Shown: positions 9,930 through 19,418, counted from the first letter of the stretch. The stretch: 36,592 nt of DNA from an uncultured Verrucomicrobiota bacterium (GCA_903925515.1 CAIYFP010000024.1:1-36592), one strand, 5' to 3'. Program-made: numbers and translations. Notes: generated from the sequence alone by a model not told the origin.

Positions 9930-10517
9930 ATGCAGGCGCCCGACATCCCCTGCCCCGCCTGCCGTGCTCCGCTGCCCGCGGATGCCACGGCGCTGGCGTC
10001 CATGGACTCCTGCCCCGCATGCCGCAAGCCGCTCGAAGTCATCCCCTTCCCCGCGCTCGGGCGCCTGCCCGTCGGGGGCCCCGCCCCCGAGGCCGCCGTC
10101 TCCCCCGACGATGCCACCTGCTTCTTCCACGCCAGCAAGAAGGCCGTCGTCCCGTGTGACGCCTGCGGGCGGTTTCTCTGCACCCTGTGCGACCTTCACA
10201 TCCATGGCGTCCACCTGTGCCCGCCCTGCCTCGAAGCCGGGCGCCAGAAGCGAACCGTGACGGCGCTCGAGCGTTCCCGGACGCGTTGGGACCTCATCGC
10301 CAGTTCGCTCGCCGTCCTTTGCCTGATCTGCGGCGTCCTCTCCCCCGTCGCCGCCCTCGCCAACGTCGCCATCACCGTCGCCACATGGCGCAAGCCCCAG
10401 AGCCGCGTTGCCTCCTCACGCACCACGATGCTCGTCGCGACGGCGTTCTCGCTCCTCGTCGCCGTCGGCCTCGCGGTGGTCTTGTGGCTCGAGTGGAACT
10501 CGGACGGCACCACGTGA
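9930..10517 (+). CDS. Zinc ribbon + B-box-like zinc finger membrane protein
   Basis: CPAC...CPAC, then CFFH-x7-CDAC-x4-CTLC-x9-CPPC, followed by hydrophobic helices. Confidence 0.8.
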   Translation: MQAPDIPCPACRAPLPADATALASMDSCPACRKPLEVIPFPALGRLPVGGPAPEAAVSPDDATCFFHASKKAVVPCDACGRFLCTLCDLHIHGVHLCPPCLEAGRQKRTVTALERSRTRWDLIASSLAVLCLICGVLSPVAALANVAITVATWRKPQSRVASSRTTMLVATAFSLLVAVGLAVVLWLEWNSDGTT

Positions 10518-10518
10518 C

Positions 10519-11055
10519 ATGCACGACCGCCTCTCCATGGACCCCGCGTATCGCCGCCTCAAGACCGGGCGCCGAAGCGTCTTCCGGCCCCACCTGTCCT
10601 GCTGGTTGGCCGCCGACCACCTCGTCGTCGTGGAGGTCGTCGGGTACTCGGAACGTTACTCCCGGTTTGACCTCCGCGACATCCAGGCCCTCGTCCTCCA
10701 GCCATCCCGCATGCGTGCCACGGCCGCATGGATCGGCACGATCGGCCTGGTGCCGGCCCTCGCGCTCCTCGTCGCCATCCTCGCCTCCGTCACGGTGGCG
10801 GGCATGGAATCCCTCGTGGTCGTCGCCTTCCTTGCGTTCCCCCCCATCGCGGCGCTCGCATGGGCCGCATGGGCCGGCCCGCTCTGCTCCATCCGCATCT
10901 CCACCGCCGTCCAGGTCGCCCGTCTCCCCGCCCTCCACAACCTCCCCCTCGCGCGCGCCTTCGCACGCGAAGTCCTCGACGCCGCCCTCGCCCGAGAAGC
11001 CAGCCCGGCCGACCCCGCCACCCCCGCCGTCTCCCCAAGCCCATCGCCGTCGTGA
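10519..11055 (+). CDS. Hypothetical membrane protein (two TM helices)
   Basis: Fills the operon slot with a 1-nt gap and GTGA overlap; YSERYSRFDLRDIQAL motif; TM hairpin. Confidence 0.75.
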   Translation: MHDRLSMDPAYRRLKTGRRSVFRPHLSCWLAADHLVVVEVVGYSERYSRFDLRDIQALVLQPSRMRATAAWIGTIGLVPALALLVAILASVTVAGMESLVVVAFLAFPPIAALAWAAWAGPLCSIRISTAVQVARLPALHNLPLARAFAREVLDAALAREASPADPATPAVSPSPSPS

Positions 11056-11387
11056 ACGGACTGGTCCATCAACGCTGCTCGGCCCACCCCGCGCGGGAGG
11101 CCGCGGCGCGTTGCCCGTCCTGCCGCCAGTTCTACTGCCGCGAATGCGTCACCGAGCATGACGGCCGCGTGCTCTGCGTCGGGTGCCTCCGCAAGGCCGC
11201 AGCCCCGCCCAAAAAATCGGTGCTCCGCCTTGGCCCCGTCCTCGGCCCGTTTCAGGTGGTGCTCGGGCTCGGGCTTGCATGGGCCGCCTTTTACCTGCTC
11301 GGCATGGTGCTCCTCCAAACCCCCTCCGAATGGCACGAGGGCAAGGCCTTCGAGTCATGGCTCATGAACCTGCCCTCCACCCCGTGA
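11052..11387 (+). CDS. Small B-box-like zinc finger membrane protein
   Basis: CSAH-x7-CPSC-x4-CREC-x9-CVGC plus one TM helix; GTG start overlaps upstream TGA. Confidence 0.8.
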   Translation: MNGLVHQRCSAHPAREAAARCPSCRQFYCRECVTEHDGRVLCVGCLRKAAAPPKKSVLRLGPVLGPFQVVLGLGLAWAAFYLLGMVLLQTPSEWHEGKAFESWLMNLPSTP

Positions 11388-13117
11388 GCCCATCCCGCCC
11401 CAACGCCCATCCCCAGTCCGCCCTCGAACTCGTCGAGGACGCCATCCAGTTGCTCCGCAACGCCCCCGCATGGCTCCATGTCGTCCACCTCCTCCCCTCC
11501 GGCCTCTTCGTCCTCGCCTTCCTCTGGTTTTGGTCCGACATGACCCGCGGCGTGCTTGCCGACCAACGCCTCGCCTCCGGCGCCGCCATCATGGCCCTCC
11601 TCCACCTCGTCATGAAGACGGCCCACGGCGTCCACGCCGCCGAGCTTCACGCGCGTTGTGCCGACCTTCCCCGCACGCCATGGACCGCCGGACGCGTCGC
11701 GCGCCTCCTCAAGACGCAGGCCCTCCTCCAGCCCCTCGTCTTCATCCTCCTCCCGCTCTCCGTCTTCCCGCTGCTCCTCGTCCCGTTCCCGTGGCTCCTT
11801 GCATGGTTCCATGCCGTCTCCCTCTGCGGCGACCCCGCCGAGGGCTCCGCCTCCACCTGCGCACGCCACGCATGGCGTCATGCCGTCGCATGGCCCGCCC
11901 AAAACCATGGGGTCGTCGGCATCCTCCTCGTCGTCGGCACCGTCGTCCTCCTCGACGTCGCCATAGCCGTCGCCAGCGCCCCATACCTCGCCCACCTCCT
12001 GCTCGGCATCGAGTCCGACTTCAACCTCGGCCTCGCCGCCTACTTCAACTCCACCTTCCTCCTTTCCCTCCCCGCGCTCGCCTACCTCGTGCTCGACCCC
12101 GTCGTCAGGGCCATCTACGTGCTGCGCGGGTTCAGGACCGACTCCATCCACACCGGCGCGGACATCCTCGCCCGCCTGCGCTTGCATGCGAGGTCACGGC
12201 CGCCCACGGACGGCCGGGCCCTGACCCTCGCCTGCCTGCTCGCCCTCGGCGGGCTCCTCGCGGGCCCAACACCCGTCCACGCCCAAGTCACTGCTCCCAA
12301 TCCCACCACCCCGCCCCTGCCAGCCGACACTCCCCCCGTCCCGTCCATCGACCCCGAACGCCTCGGCCGTGACCTCCGAAACGTCCTCGACCAAGCCGAG
12401 TACCAATGGCGCGCCCCGCGGGAGCTCGCTCCCGACGATCCCGAACCCCCTGCGGGCCATGGCCCCATCCGACGCTGGCTCCGTTCCGTCCTCAAGGACT
12501 TCGGAGGCTTCGCCAACCGCAACCTCGACGCCTTCTTCTCCGTCGTCGGCCGCGTCCTCCAGTTCATCTTCGGCGGCTTCAAAACCCCAAGCCTCCCCTC
12601 GGGCAACACGGCCGTGGACTGGATGTCCGGCCTCAAGCTCCTCGCCTACGTCCTCCTTGCCGCCGCCGTCGCGGGCCTCGCGTGGATCATTCTCCGCCTC
12701 CGCACGTCACGCCCCACGGCCCGCGCCGCCGCCGACCTCCCCGCGCCCTCCGCCATCCCCGACCTCGAGGCCGAGTCCGTGTCTGCCGAACTTCTCCCCG
12801 AGGACGGCTGGCTCGCCATGGCCTCCGAGAAGGCCGCCCTCGGCGAATGGCGCCTCGCGCTCCGCGCCGTCTATCTCGGCGCCCTCGCGCACCTTGCGCG
12901 CCGCGAGCTCCTTCGCCTCGCGCCGTCCAAGTCCAACCGCGAGTACCACGGCGAACTTCGACGCCGCGCACGCGCCTACCCGTTCATCCCGGAAGGATTC
13001 CAGTCCTGTGCGCTACGCTTCGAGAAGGTCTGGTACGGCCGACATCCGGCCACCCCCGCCCTCCTCGAGGAGGCCCGCGCCGACCTTGAGTCCATGCGCC
13101 GCGCGACGCCCCCATGA
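11384..13117 (+). CDS. Multi-TM membrane protein with C-terminal DUF4129 domain
   Basis: GEWRLALRAVYLGALAHL...KSNREY...FEKVWYG signature; N-terminal polytopic domain; GTG start 11384. Confidence 0.85.
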   Translation: MSPSRPNAHPQSALELVEDAIQLLRNAPAWLHVVHLLPSGLFVLAFLWFWSDMTRGVLADQRLASGAAIMALLHLVMKTAHGVHAAELHARCADLPRTPWTAGRVARLLKTQALLQPLVFILLPLSVFPLLLVPFPWLLAWFHAVSLCGDPAEGSASTCARHAWRHAVAWPAQNHGVVGILLVVGTVVLLDVAIAVASAPYLAHLLLGIESDFNLGLAAYFNSTFLLSLPALAYLVLDPVVRAIYVLRGFRTDSIHTGADILARLRLHARSRPPTDGRALTLACLLALGGLLAGPTPVHAQVTAPNPTTPPLPADTPPVPSIDPERLGRDLRNVLDQAEYQWRAPRELAPDDPEPPAGHGPIRRWLRSVLKDFGGFANRNLDAFFSVVGRVLQFIFGGFKTPSLPSGNTAVDWMSGLKLLAYVLLAAAVAGLAWIILRLRTSRPTARAAADLPAPSAIPDLEAESVSAELLPEDGWLAMASEKAALGEWRLALRAVYLGALAHLARRELLRLAPSKSNREYHGELRRRARAYPFIPEGFQSCALRFEKVWYGRHPATPALLEEARADLESMRRATPP

Positions 13118-14319
13118 ACCGCCGCGCCCTCCATGTCGCCCTGCTCATGGGCACCGCCGTCCTCCTCGCCGCCGGACTGTATCGTCTCTTCGTCCTCCGC
13201 TTCGCCTCCGGCGACATCTTCCCCCCCGCATCCTCCCGTCGCGCCGACCCCCTCGGCTCCCGCGCCCTCCATGATGCCCTCGCGCGCCATCCCCGGCTCC
13301 ACGTCTCCCGCAACCTCCTCCCCCTCGACCGCCTTCGCCCCGCACCCGGGCTCGCCGTCCTCGCCCTCGGCGTTCCCCCCGAGAACCTCGGCTTCCCGGG
13401 TGACTCGCCCGACTTCAACACCAACCTGCTGCGGCTCGCCCATGGTGGCGCCCGCGTCGTCCTAGGCGTCCAGCACGAGTCCCTTGCGCTCGCGACCAAC
13501 GCCATCCGGCAAGGAATCCGTTCCCTTGCCAACGCCATTCAAAACCCAAGCCCGTCACAATCCCTCGCCACCACCCTCGGCTTCGCCATCACGTCCGCCG
13601 CGACCCTGACCAACCCCGCTCCCGCCAACGCCGCCCCCACGAACCTCGCCGTCGCCACCGCCGGCCCCCTGCCCTCGCCCATCCCATGGCCGTCCCCATG
13701 GCGCATCACCCTTTCCCCAACGCCATGGACCTCCCTCTACCATGCCGACGACCAACCCGTCGTCGTCGAGCGCCCATGGGGCGCCGGCTCCGTTGTCCTC
13801 CTGGCCTCCGATTACCTCCTCTCCAACGAGGCCCTTCGTCGCACCCCGCAGCCCGCCTTCATCGCCGCCCTCCTTGGCCCGTCCACCCATGTCCTCTTCG
13901 ACGAAACCCACCTCGGCCTGACCTTCGAGCCCGGCATGGCCAGCCTCATCCGCCGCTACCAGCTCGGCGGCGCCGCGCTCGGCCTCGCCCTCCTCGTCGC
14001 CCTCTACCTGTGGCGCAACTTCGCCCCGTTCAACCCGCCCCTCGACCCCGCGCCTGCGCCTGACGTCATCCCCGGGCGCGGCTCCTCCGACGCCTTCCTT
14101 GCCCTGCTCCGGCGCGCGCTCCAGCCCGAAACCGTCGTCGCCGTCTGCATGGAGCACTGGCGTGCCGCCCATGGGCGCCACCCGCGCATCCCCGCCCGGC
14201 GCGTCGCCGATGCCCAAGATGTCCTCGACATCGAGATGGAACGTCCGCCCAAGGACCGCAACCCCGTCGCCACCTACCGCCGCATCGCCGCCCTTCTCCA
14301 CGAACGCAAACCCCGCTAG
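13114..14319 (+). CDS. DUF4350 domain-containing protein
   Basis: SSRRADPLGSRAL, GAGSVVLLAS...LLSNEAL, VLFDETHLG motifs; N- and C-terminal TM; lies before MoxR. Confidence 0.8.
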   Translation: MNRRALHVALLMGTAVLLAAGLYRLFVLRFASGDIFPPASSRRADPLGSRALHDALARHPRLHVSRNLLPLDRLRPAPGLAVLALGVPPENLGFPGDSPDFNTNLLRLAHGGARVVLGVQHESLALATNAIRQGIRSLANAIQNPSPSQSLATTLGFAITSAATLTNPAPANAAPTNLAVATAGPLPSPIPWPSPWRITLSPTPWTSLYHADDQPVVVERPWGAGSVVLLASDYLLSNEALRRTPQPAFIAALLGPSTHVLFDETHLGLTFEPGMASLIRRYQLGGAALGLALLVALYLWRNFAPFNPPLDPAPAPDVIPGRGSSDAFLALLRRALQPETVVAVCMEHWRAAHGRHPRIPARRVADAQDVLDIEMERPPKDRNPVATYRRIAALLHERKPR

Positions 14320-14323
14320 CCCC

Positions 14324-15289
14324 ATGGAACCCCACGTCGAAACCCTCCACCACGTCCTCGCCAATGCCCGCGCCGAGATCAGCAAGGTCATCATCGGCCA
14401 GCACGACGTCATCGACCTCGCCCTCGTCTGCGTCCTCACCAACCACCATGCCCTCGTCGAGGGCGTCCCCGGCGTCGCCAAGACCCTTCTCGTCCGGACC
14501 CTCGGCAAGGTTCTCGGCTGCGACTTCGGGCGCATCCAGTTCACCCCGGACCTCATGCCCTCCGACATCACCGGCACCCACGTCCTCAACCTTCAGCGCA
14601 ACGAGTTCGCCCTCGTTCGCGGCCCCATCTTCACCACGTTCCTGCTCGCCGACGAAATCAACCGCGCGCCCGCCAAGACGCAGGCCGCCCTCCTCCAGGC
14701 GATGCAGGAACGCACCGTCTCCATCGACCGCGAAACCCTCGCCCTCCCGCCCAACTTCACCGTCTTCGCCACCCAGAACCCCGTCGAGAGCGAGGGCACC
14801 TACCCCCTCGCCGAGGCCCAGAAGGACCGATTCATGCTCAAGATCCGCATGCAGGCCCCCGAACGCCCCGACGAGCTCATCCTCGCACGCCGCTCCCTCG
14901 GCGACGACGCCCCCGAGTCCATCCTCTCCCGCGGCGACGTCCGGCCCGTCATCTCCTCCGACGCCCTCCTCGCCATCCGCCGCCAACTCCTCCACGTCAC
15001 CGTCCGCGACGAGCTCGTCGCCTACGCCGTGGACCTCGTCCGCGCCACCCGCGCCTCCGAGTCCGTCCTCGTCGGCGCCGGCCCACGGGCCACCCAGGCC
15101 CTCCTCCTCGCCAGTCGCGCCGCCGCCGCCATCCATGGGCGCGACTTCGTCACGCCCGACGACATCAAGTCCCTCGCCGTCCCGGTCATGGAGCATCGCC
15201 TCATCCTCCGGCCCGAGTTCGAGCTCGAAGGGGCCTCCGTGGGCGAGGTCGTCGAGCGCATCCTCCAGGAGGTTGCCGTCCCTCGCTGA
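14324..15289 (+). CDS. moxR: MoxR family AAA+ ATPase
   Basis: Walker A GVPGVAKT, RIQFTPDLMPSDITG, Walker B LLADEINR, ATQNPVESEGTYPL. Confidence 0.95.
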   Translation: MEPHVETLHHVLANARAEISKVIIGQHDVIDLALVCVLTNHHALVEGVPGVAKTLLVRTLGKVLGCDFGRIQFTPDLMPSDITGTHVLNLQRNEFALVRGPIFTTFLLADEINRAPAKTQAALLQAMQERTVSIDRETLALPPNFTVFATQNPVESEGTYPLAEAQKDRFMLKIRMQAPERPDELILARRSLGDDAPESILSRGDVRPVISSDALLAIRRQLLHVTVRDELVAYAVDLVRATRASESVLVGAGPRATQALLLASRAAAAIHGRDFVTPDDIKSLAVPVMEHRLILRPEFELEGASVGEVVERILQEVAVPR

Positions 15290-15294
15290 CCCGC

Positions 15295-16614
15295 ATGCTC
15301 GTGCCGTCCCCAAGGTTGCTCGCCATGGCGGGGCTCGTCGTCCTGCCCGCGCTGGCCATGGCCGGGCTCGTTCCCGAGGCCGCCCACGCATGGACCGCGC
15401 TCGCGCTCGCCGCCGTCTTCGCGTCCGCCATCGACGCCCTCCTCGGCTGGCCTCGCATCGCCGCCCTCGACGCGTCCGCCCCGCCCGTCCTCCGCGTCGC
15501 CAAGAATCGCGCCGCCCACTTTCGAGTCCGCCTTCTCCACCCGGCCCGTCGCCCGCCCGTCCTCCGCATGGCCCTCGCCCTGCCCGACTCCATCCATGCC
15601 GAGCCCGCCGAGCACGTGCTCGCCCTGCCCGACGCCCCCGCAAGCCTCGTCGATTGGAACCTCACCCCGTCCGCCCGGGGACGGTTCCCGGTCCCCTTCC
15701 TGCATCTCGAGGCCTCGTCGCCCGCCGGGCTTTGGGCATGGCGTCGTTCCATCCCGCTCCGGTCTGAGGTGCGCGCCCAGCCCGCCCTTGGCGCCGCGCT
15801 CCGCGCCAACGCCGCCTTCCTTTCCAAGGCCCTCTCCGGCCAACGCCTCGTGCGCAACATCGGCAAGGGCCGCGAGTTCGAGAAGCTGCGCGACTACGTT
15901 GCCGGCGACCCCGTCGATGACATCCACTGGCGCGCCACCGCCAAGCGCGGCCATCCCGTCACCAAGGTTTTCCAAGTCGAGCGAACCCAGGAGGTCTATG
16001 TCGTCCTCGACCACTCCCGCCTCTCCGGCCGCGTCCTCGCCCCGCCCGAGCCGCTCCTCGAGCACTTCATCGAGGCCGCGCTCCTCCTCGGCGCCGTCGC
16101 CGAGCGTCACGGCGACCTCTTCGGCCTTGCCACGTTCGACTCCCGCGTCACCGGGATCGTCCGGGCCGACAACGGCCATGCCCATTTCAACGCCTGCCGC
16201 GAACGCCTCGTCACGCTCCAGCACCGGGCCGTCACCCCGGACTTCGACGAGCTCGCCTCCTTCCTCCGGACCCGCCTCCGGCGGCGCGCGCTGCTCCTGT
16301 TCCTCGTCAACCTCGACGACCCCGTCGCCTCCGAGTCCTTCCTCCGCGCCATCGAGGTGCTCCGACGCCAACACCTCTGCGTCGTCGTCCAGCCCCATGC
16401 CCCCGACGTCGAGCCCCTCTTCTCCCATGGCCGCGTCCACAACCTCGACGACATCCAGCGCGCCATGGCCGGGCACCTCCAGTGGCATGGCCTCCGCCAG
16501 CTCGCCTCCGTCCTCCACGCCCGCGGCGTCCCCATGGCCTCGGCCCCGCCCGAGTCCCTCGCCTCCGTCCTCGTCACCCGCTACCTCGACGCCAAGCGGC
16601 GCCAATCCATCTGA
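15295..16614 (+). CDS. DUF58 domain (vWA-like) protein, MoxR partner
   Basis: GREFEKLRDYVAGDPVDDIHWRATAK motif; N-terminal TM segments. Confidence 0.92.
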   Translation: MLVPSPRLLAMAGLVVLPALAMAGLVPEAAHAWTALALAAVFASAIDALLGWPRIAALDASAPPVLRVAKNRAAHFRVRLLHPARRPPVLRMALALPDSIHAEPAEHVLALPDAPASLVDWNLTPSARGRFPVPFLHLEASSPAGLWAWRRSIPLRSEVRAQPALGAALRANAAFLSKALSGQRLVRNIGKGREFEKLRDYVAGDPVDDIHWRATAKRGHPVTKVFQVERTQEVYVVLDHSRLSGRVLAPPEPLLEHFIEAALLLGAVAERHGDLFGLATFDSRVTGIVRADNGHAHFNACRERLVTLQHRAVTPDFDELASFLRTRLRRRALLLFLVNLDDPVASESFLRAIEVLRRQHLCVVVQPHAPDVEPLFSHGRVHNLDDIQRAMAGHLQWHGLRQLASVLHARGVPMASAPPESLASVLVTRYLDAKRRQSI

Positions 16615-16617
16615 ATC

Positions 16618-17640
16618 ATGATCCTCGACCTCGAACGATTCCTCGCGCAGGAACGCCCCCACTGGCAGGCCCTGGACCAACTCCTCCTCCACCTCGCCAA
16701 CGGCGGCTCCCTCGACCTCGCAAGCGCCCAACGCCTCCACCACCTCCACGAACGCGCCGCCGCCGACCTCGCCAAGCTTTCCACCTTCGCCGCCGAGCCC
16801 GAGTCCCGGCGCGCCCTCGAAAACCTCGTCGCCCGCTCCTACGCCGAGATTCATTCCCGCCCGCCCAACCAAGCCATCAAGGCCCGCTTCCACCCGTGGC
16901 GTTGGTTCACCCAATCCTTTCCCCGGGCCTTCCGCCGACGCCATGCCGCCTTCCTTGTCTCCCTCGCCGCCAGCCTCGTGGGCGTCCTCTTCGGCGCCGT
17001 CGCCACCGTCTCCGACCCCACCTCACGCCATGTCACCATGCCCTTCGGCCATGCCGACATGCGCCCCTCCGAGCGCGTCCGCAGCGACGAGGCCACCGGC
17101 GCCAAGGCCGCCGTCCACGGCCACCACGCCTCCTTCTCCGGCATGCTCATGACCCACAACACCCGCGTCTCCATCCTCGCCACCTCCCTCGGCATGACAT
17201 GGGGCATCGGCACCCTCGTCCTCCTCTTCTACAACGGCGTGGGCCTCGGCGCGATCGGCGCGGACTACATCCTCGACGGGCAAGGCCGGTTCCTCGCTGG
17301 ATGGATCCTCCCGCACGGCTCCGTCGAGCTCCCCGCCATCCTCATCGCCGGCCAAGCAGGACTCGTCCTCGCCCATGCCCTCCTCGGCCGCGGCTCCCGC
17401 TCCCCCCTTCCCCTGCGCCTCCGACACGCCGCCCCCGACGTCGTCGCCCTCCTGTCCGGCGTCGCCCTCCTCCTCGTCCATGCCGGCATCGTCGAGGCCT
17501 TCCTCTCCCAATACCACGAGCCCGTCCTGCCCTACTCGTTCAAGATCGCCTTCGGCATCCTCCAATCCATCGCCCTTGCCGCCTTCCTCCTCCTCGCCGG
17601 AAGGCAGTCGTCCCACGGCAACCCGCCCCACGCCCCATGA
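16618..17640 (+). CDS. Stage II sporulation protein M (SpoIIM/DUF95) family membrane protein
   Basis: THNTRVS, LFYNG, ILPHGSVELPAILIAG, AGIVEAFLS motifs. Confidence 0.92.
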   Translation: MILDLERFLAQERPHWQALDQLLLHLANGGSLDLASAQRLHHLHERAAADLAKLSTFAAEPESRRALENLVARSYAEIHSRPPNQAIKARFHPWRWFTQSFPRAFRRRHAAFLVSLAASLVGVLFGAVATVSDPTSRHVTMPFGHADMRPSERVRSDEATGAKAAVHGHHASFSGMLMTHNTRVSILATSLGMTWGIGTLVLLFYNGVGLGAIGADYILDGQGRFLAGWILPHGSVELPAILIAGQAGLVLAHALLGRGSRSPLPLRLRHAAPDVVALLSGVALLLVHAGIVEAFLSQYHEPVLPYSFKIAFGILQSIALAAFLLLAGRQSSHGNPPHAP

Positions 17641-18446
17641 CCCACCTTCGCATCCGCACCCCGGAGGGCGTCGAGTTCTCCCTGCCCCTCGCCGGCCCCG
17701 TCATCCGCGCCTCCGCCTACCTCATCGACGTCGCCCTCGCCCTCGCCGCCAGCAACGTCCTCGCCCTCCTCCTCTCCCTCGTCTCCCTCGTCTCCGCCGA
17801 CCTCGCCCAAGGCCTCGTCACGGTCGGCTTCTTCGTCGTCCCGGTCCTCCAAGGCATCCTCCTCGAATGGCTCTGGAACGGCCAAACCCTCGGGAAACGC
17901 ACCCTCGGCATCCGCGTCGTCGATGCCGAGGGCCTGCGCCTCCGCCCCCATCAGGTCGTCATCCGCAACCTCCTTCGCGCCATCGACTTCCTCCCCGCCT
18001 TCTACCTCGTCGGCGGCGTCGCCTCCCTCGTCACCCGCGCCGGGCAACGTCTCGGCGACGTCGCCGCCCGCACCGTCGTCGTCCGCGTCCCCCGCGACTC
18101 CGCCCCCGACCTCGCGCCCCTCCTCGGCAACCGCTTCAACTCCCTCCGCCCCCACCCCCACCTCGTCGCCCGCATCCGCAAGGCCATCGACGCCACCGAG
18201 GCCGCCCTCGCCCTCGCTGCCCTCGCCCGACGCGACCAACTTGCCCCCATGGACCGGGTCCGCCTCTTCGCCCAGCTCGCCGCCGACATCCGCTCCCGCG
18301 TGCCGCTGCCGCCGGACCTCGACGACGCCCTCCCCGACGAGGCCCTCGTGCGCAACGTCGTGGACATCCTCTACACGCCCGGCGCTGCCCCTTCCCGCGC
18401 GGATGGCGAGACGCAATCGGGTCAGATCCATCCATGGGACCCATGA
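17637..18446 (+). CDS. RDD family protein
   Basis: IRTPEGV, RASAYLID, GQTLGKRTLGIRVV, IRNLLRAID, QRLGDVAARTVVV; ATGA overlap. Confidence 0.92.
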   Translation: MTHLRIRTPEGVEFSLPLAGPVIRASAYLIDVALALAASNVLALLLSLVSLVSADLAQGLVTVGFFVVPVLQGILLEWLWNGQTLGKRTLGIRVVDAEGLRLRPHQVVIRNLLRAIDFLPAFYLVGGVASLVTRAGQRLGDVAARTVVVRVPRDSAPDLAPLLGNRFNSLRPHPHLVARIRKAIDATEAALALAALARRDQLAPMDRVRLFAQLAADIRSRVPLPPDLDDALPDEALVRNVVDILYTPGAAPSRADGETQSGQIHPWDP

Positions 18447-18740
18447 ATGAAGACCACGCCCGGAAGTCCGTCGCGAGGCGGGAACCGGGGCCCCATGGCG
18501 GCCTCCCGCGTGCATCCGGGACCATCCCAAATCTCGGCGCAACGAGGAGGGAATCCCTCGATCCCCATGCGGACGGGTTGCCGCAGGCTGCGTGCCAACA
18601 CGGCATCGTGGCAAATGGGCATGAACCCATGCATGGGCATCCCTGAGCCTGCATGCCTTGCGTCATGGCGCCATGGCGTCAGCCATTCCCCGCTGCATGC
18701 ATCTCGGAATCCGTGCAGGAGGCGGCATGGGTTTTTCAGG

Positions 18741-18763
18741 CCAAGACACCAAGACACCAAGAC
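18741..18763. repeat. Short tandem repeat (CCAAGACA) x ~3
   Basis: ccaagaca ccaagaca ccaagac read directly. Confidence 0.85.
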
Positions 18764-18793
18764 GCCCAGCGGACCTCTCTTTACTCCCTAAAA

Positions 18794-19418
18794 ACGGCAG
18801 TCAACGAGGCCTGCAAAGCAAGGAAATGGCCGTCCCATCAAGGCAAAGTCCCCGTGGCATCCATCCGAGACCTCACCCCGCAGGTGAGCTTGGAATGGGC
18901 CGGTCCGGGTTGTAGGCCGGGTCCCCCATGGGCGTTAACCTTGGAACGTCCGCACACGAAACGCCCGATGCGGCATCCCTTGCCTTGCCCTGGTGGCCCC
19001 GGGTTTTCGTGTATTTCGTGTATTTCGTGGTTCCACAAACACTGGGCCGTTGACCCACTGCATGCGGGGTCGCGGTGGTGGCGTGCTGCCTCGGGTAGGT
19101 GAAGGGGAGCCATGCGAGGTGCTTGAACGCGGCGAAGGGTTGGAACCACGAAATACACGAAATACACGAAAAGAGGCCCTTCTTGTGCCCGCGGATCGTG
19201 TCCGTGGACCCGAGTCCTCGCAGGCCGTCCATGATGCTCGGTTCCCCTGAGGGAAATGAAGCAGATCAAGGTCAACGCTTATCGGGCAACCGGCCTACAG
19301 CCCTAACCGGACCATTCCAACCTCACCCGCCGGGTGAGGTCTCGGATGAACCCTACAGGGCCTCTTTGCCTTGATGGGACGGCCGTTTCCTTGCCTTGAA
19401 GCCCACTTCAACTGCCGT
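18794..19418. repeat. Long imperfect inverted repeat pair (arms ~18794-18943 and ~19267-19418), REPIN/MITE-like
   Basis: Hand alignment of the left arm to the reverse complement of the right arm gives ~150 nt at roughly 80% identity, including identical blocks ggccgtcccatcaaggcaaag and catccgagacctcaccc. Confidence 0.85.
19004..19172. repeat. Perfect 32-bp inverted repeat built from a 9-mer tandem unit, nested inside the longer IR
   Basis: 19004-19035 ttttcgtgtatttcgtgtatttcgtggttcca is the exact reverse complement of 19141-19172; 105-nt spacer. Confidence 0.95.
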
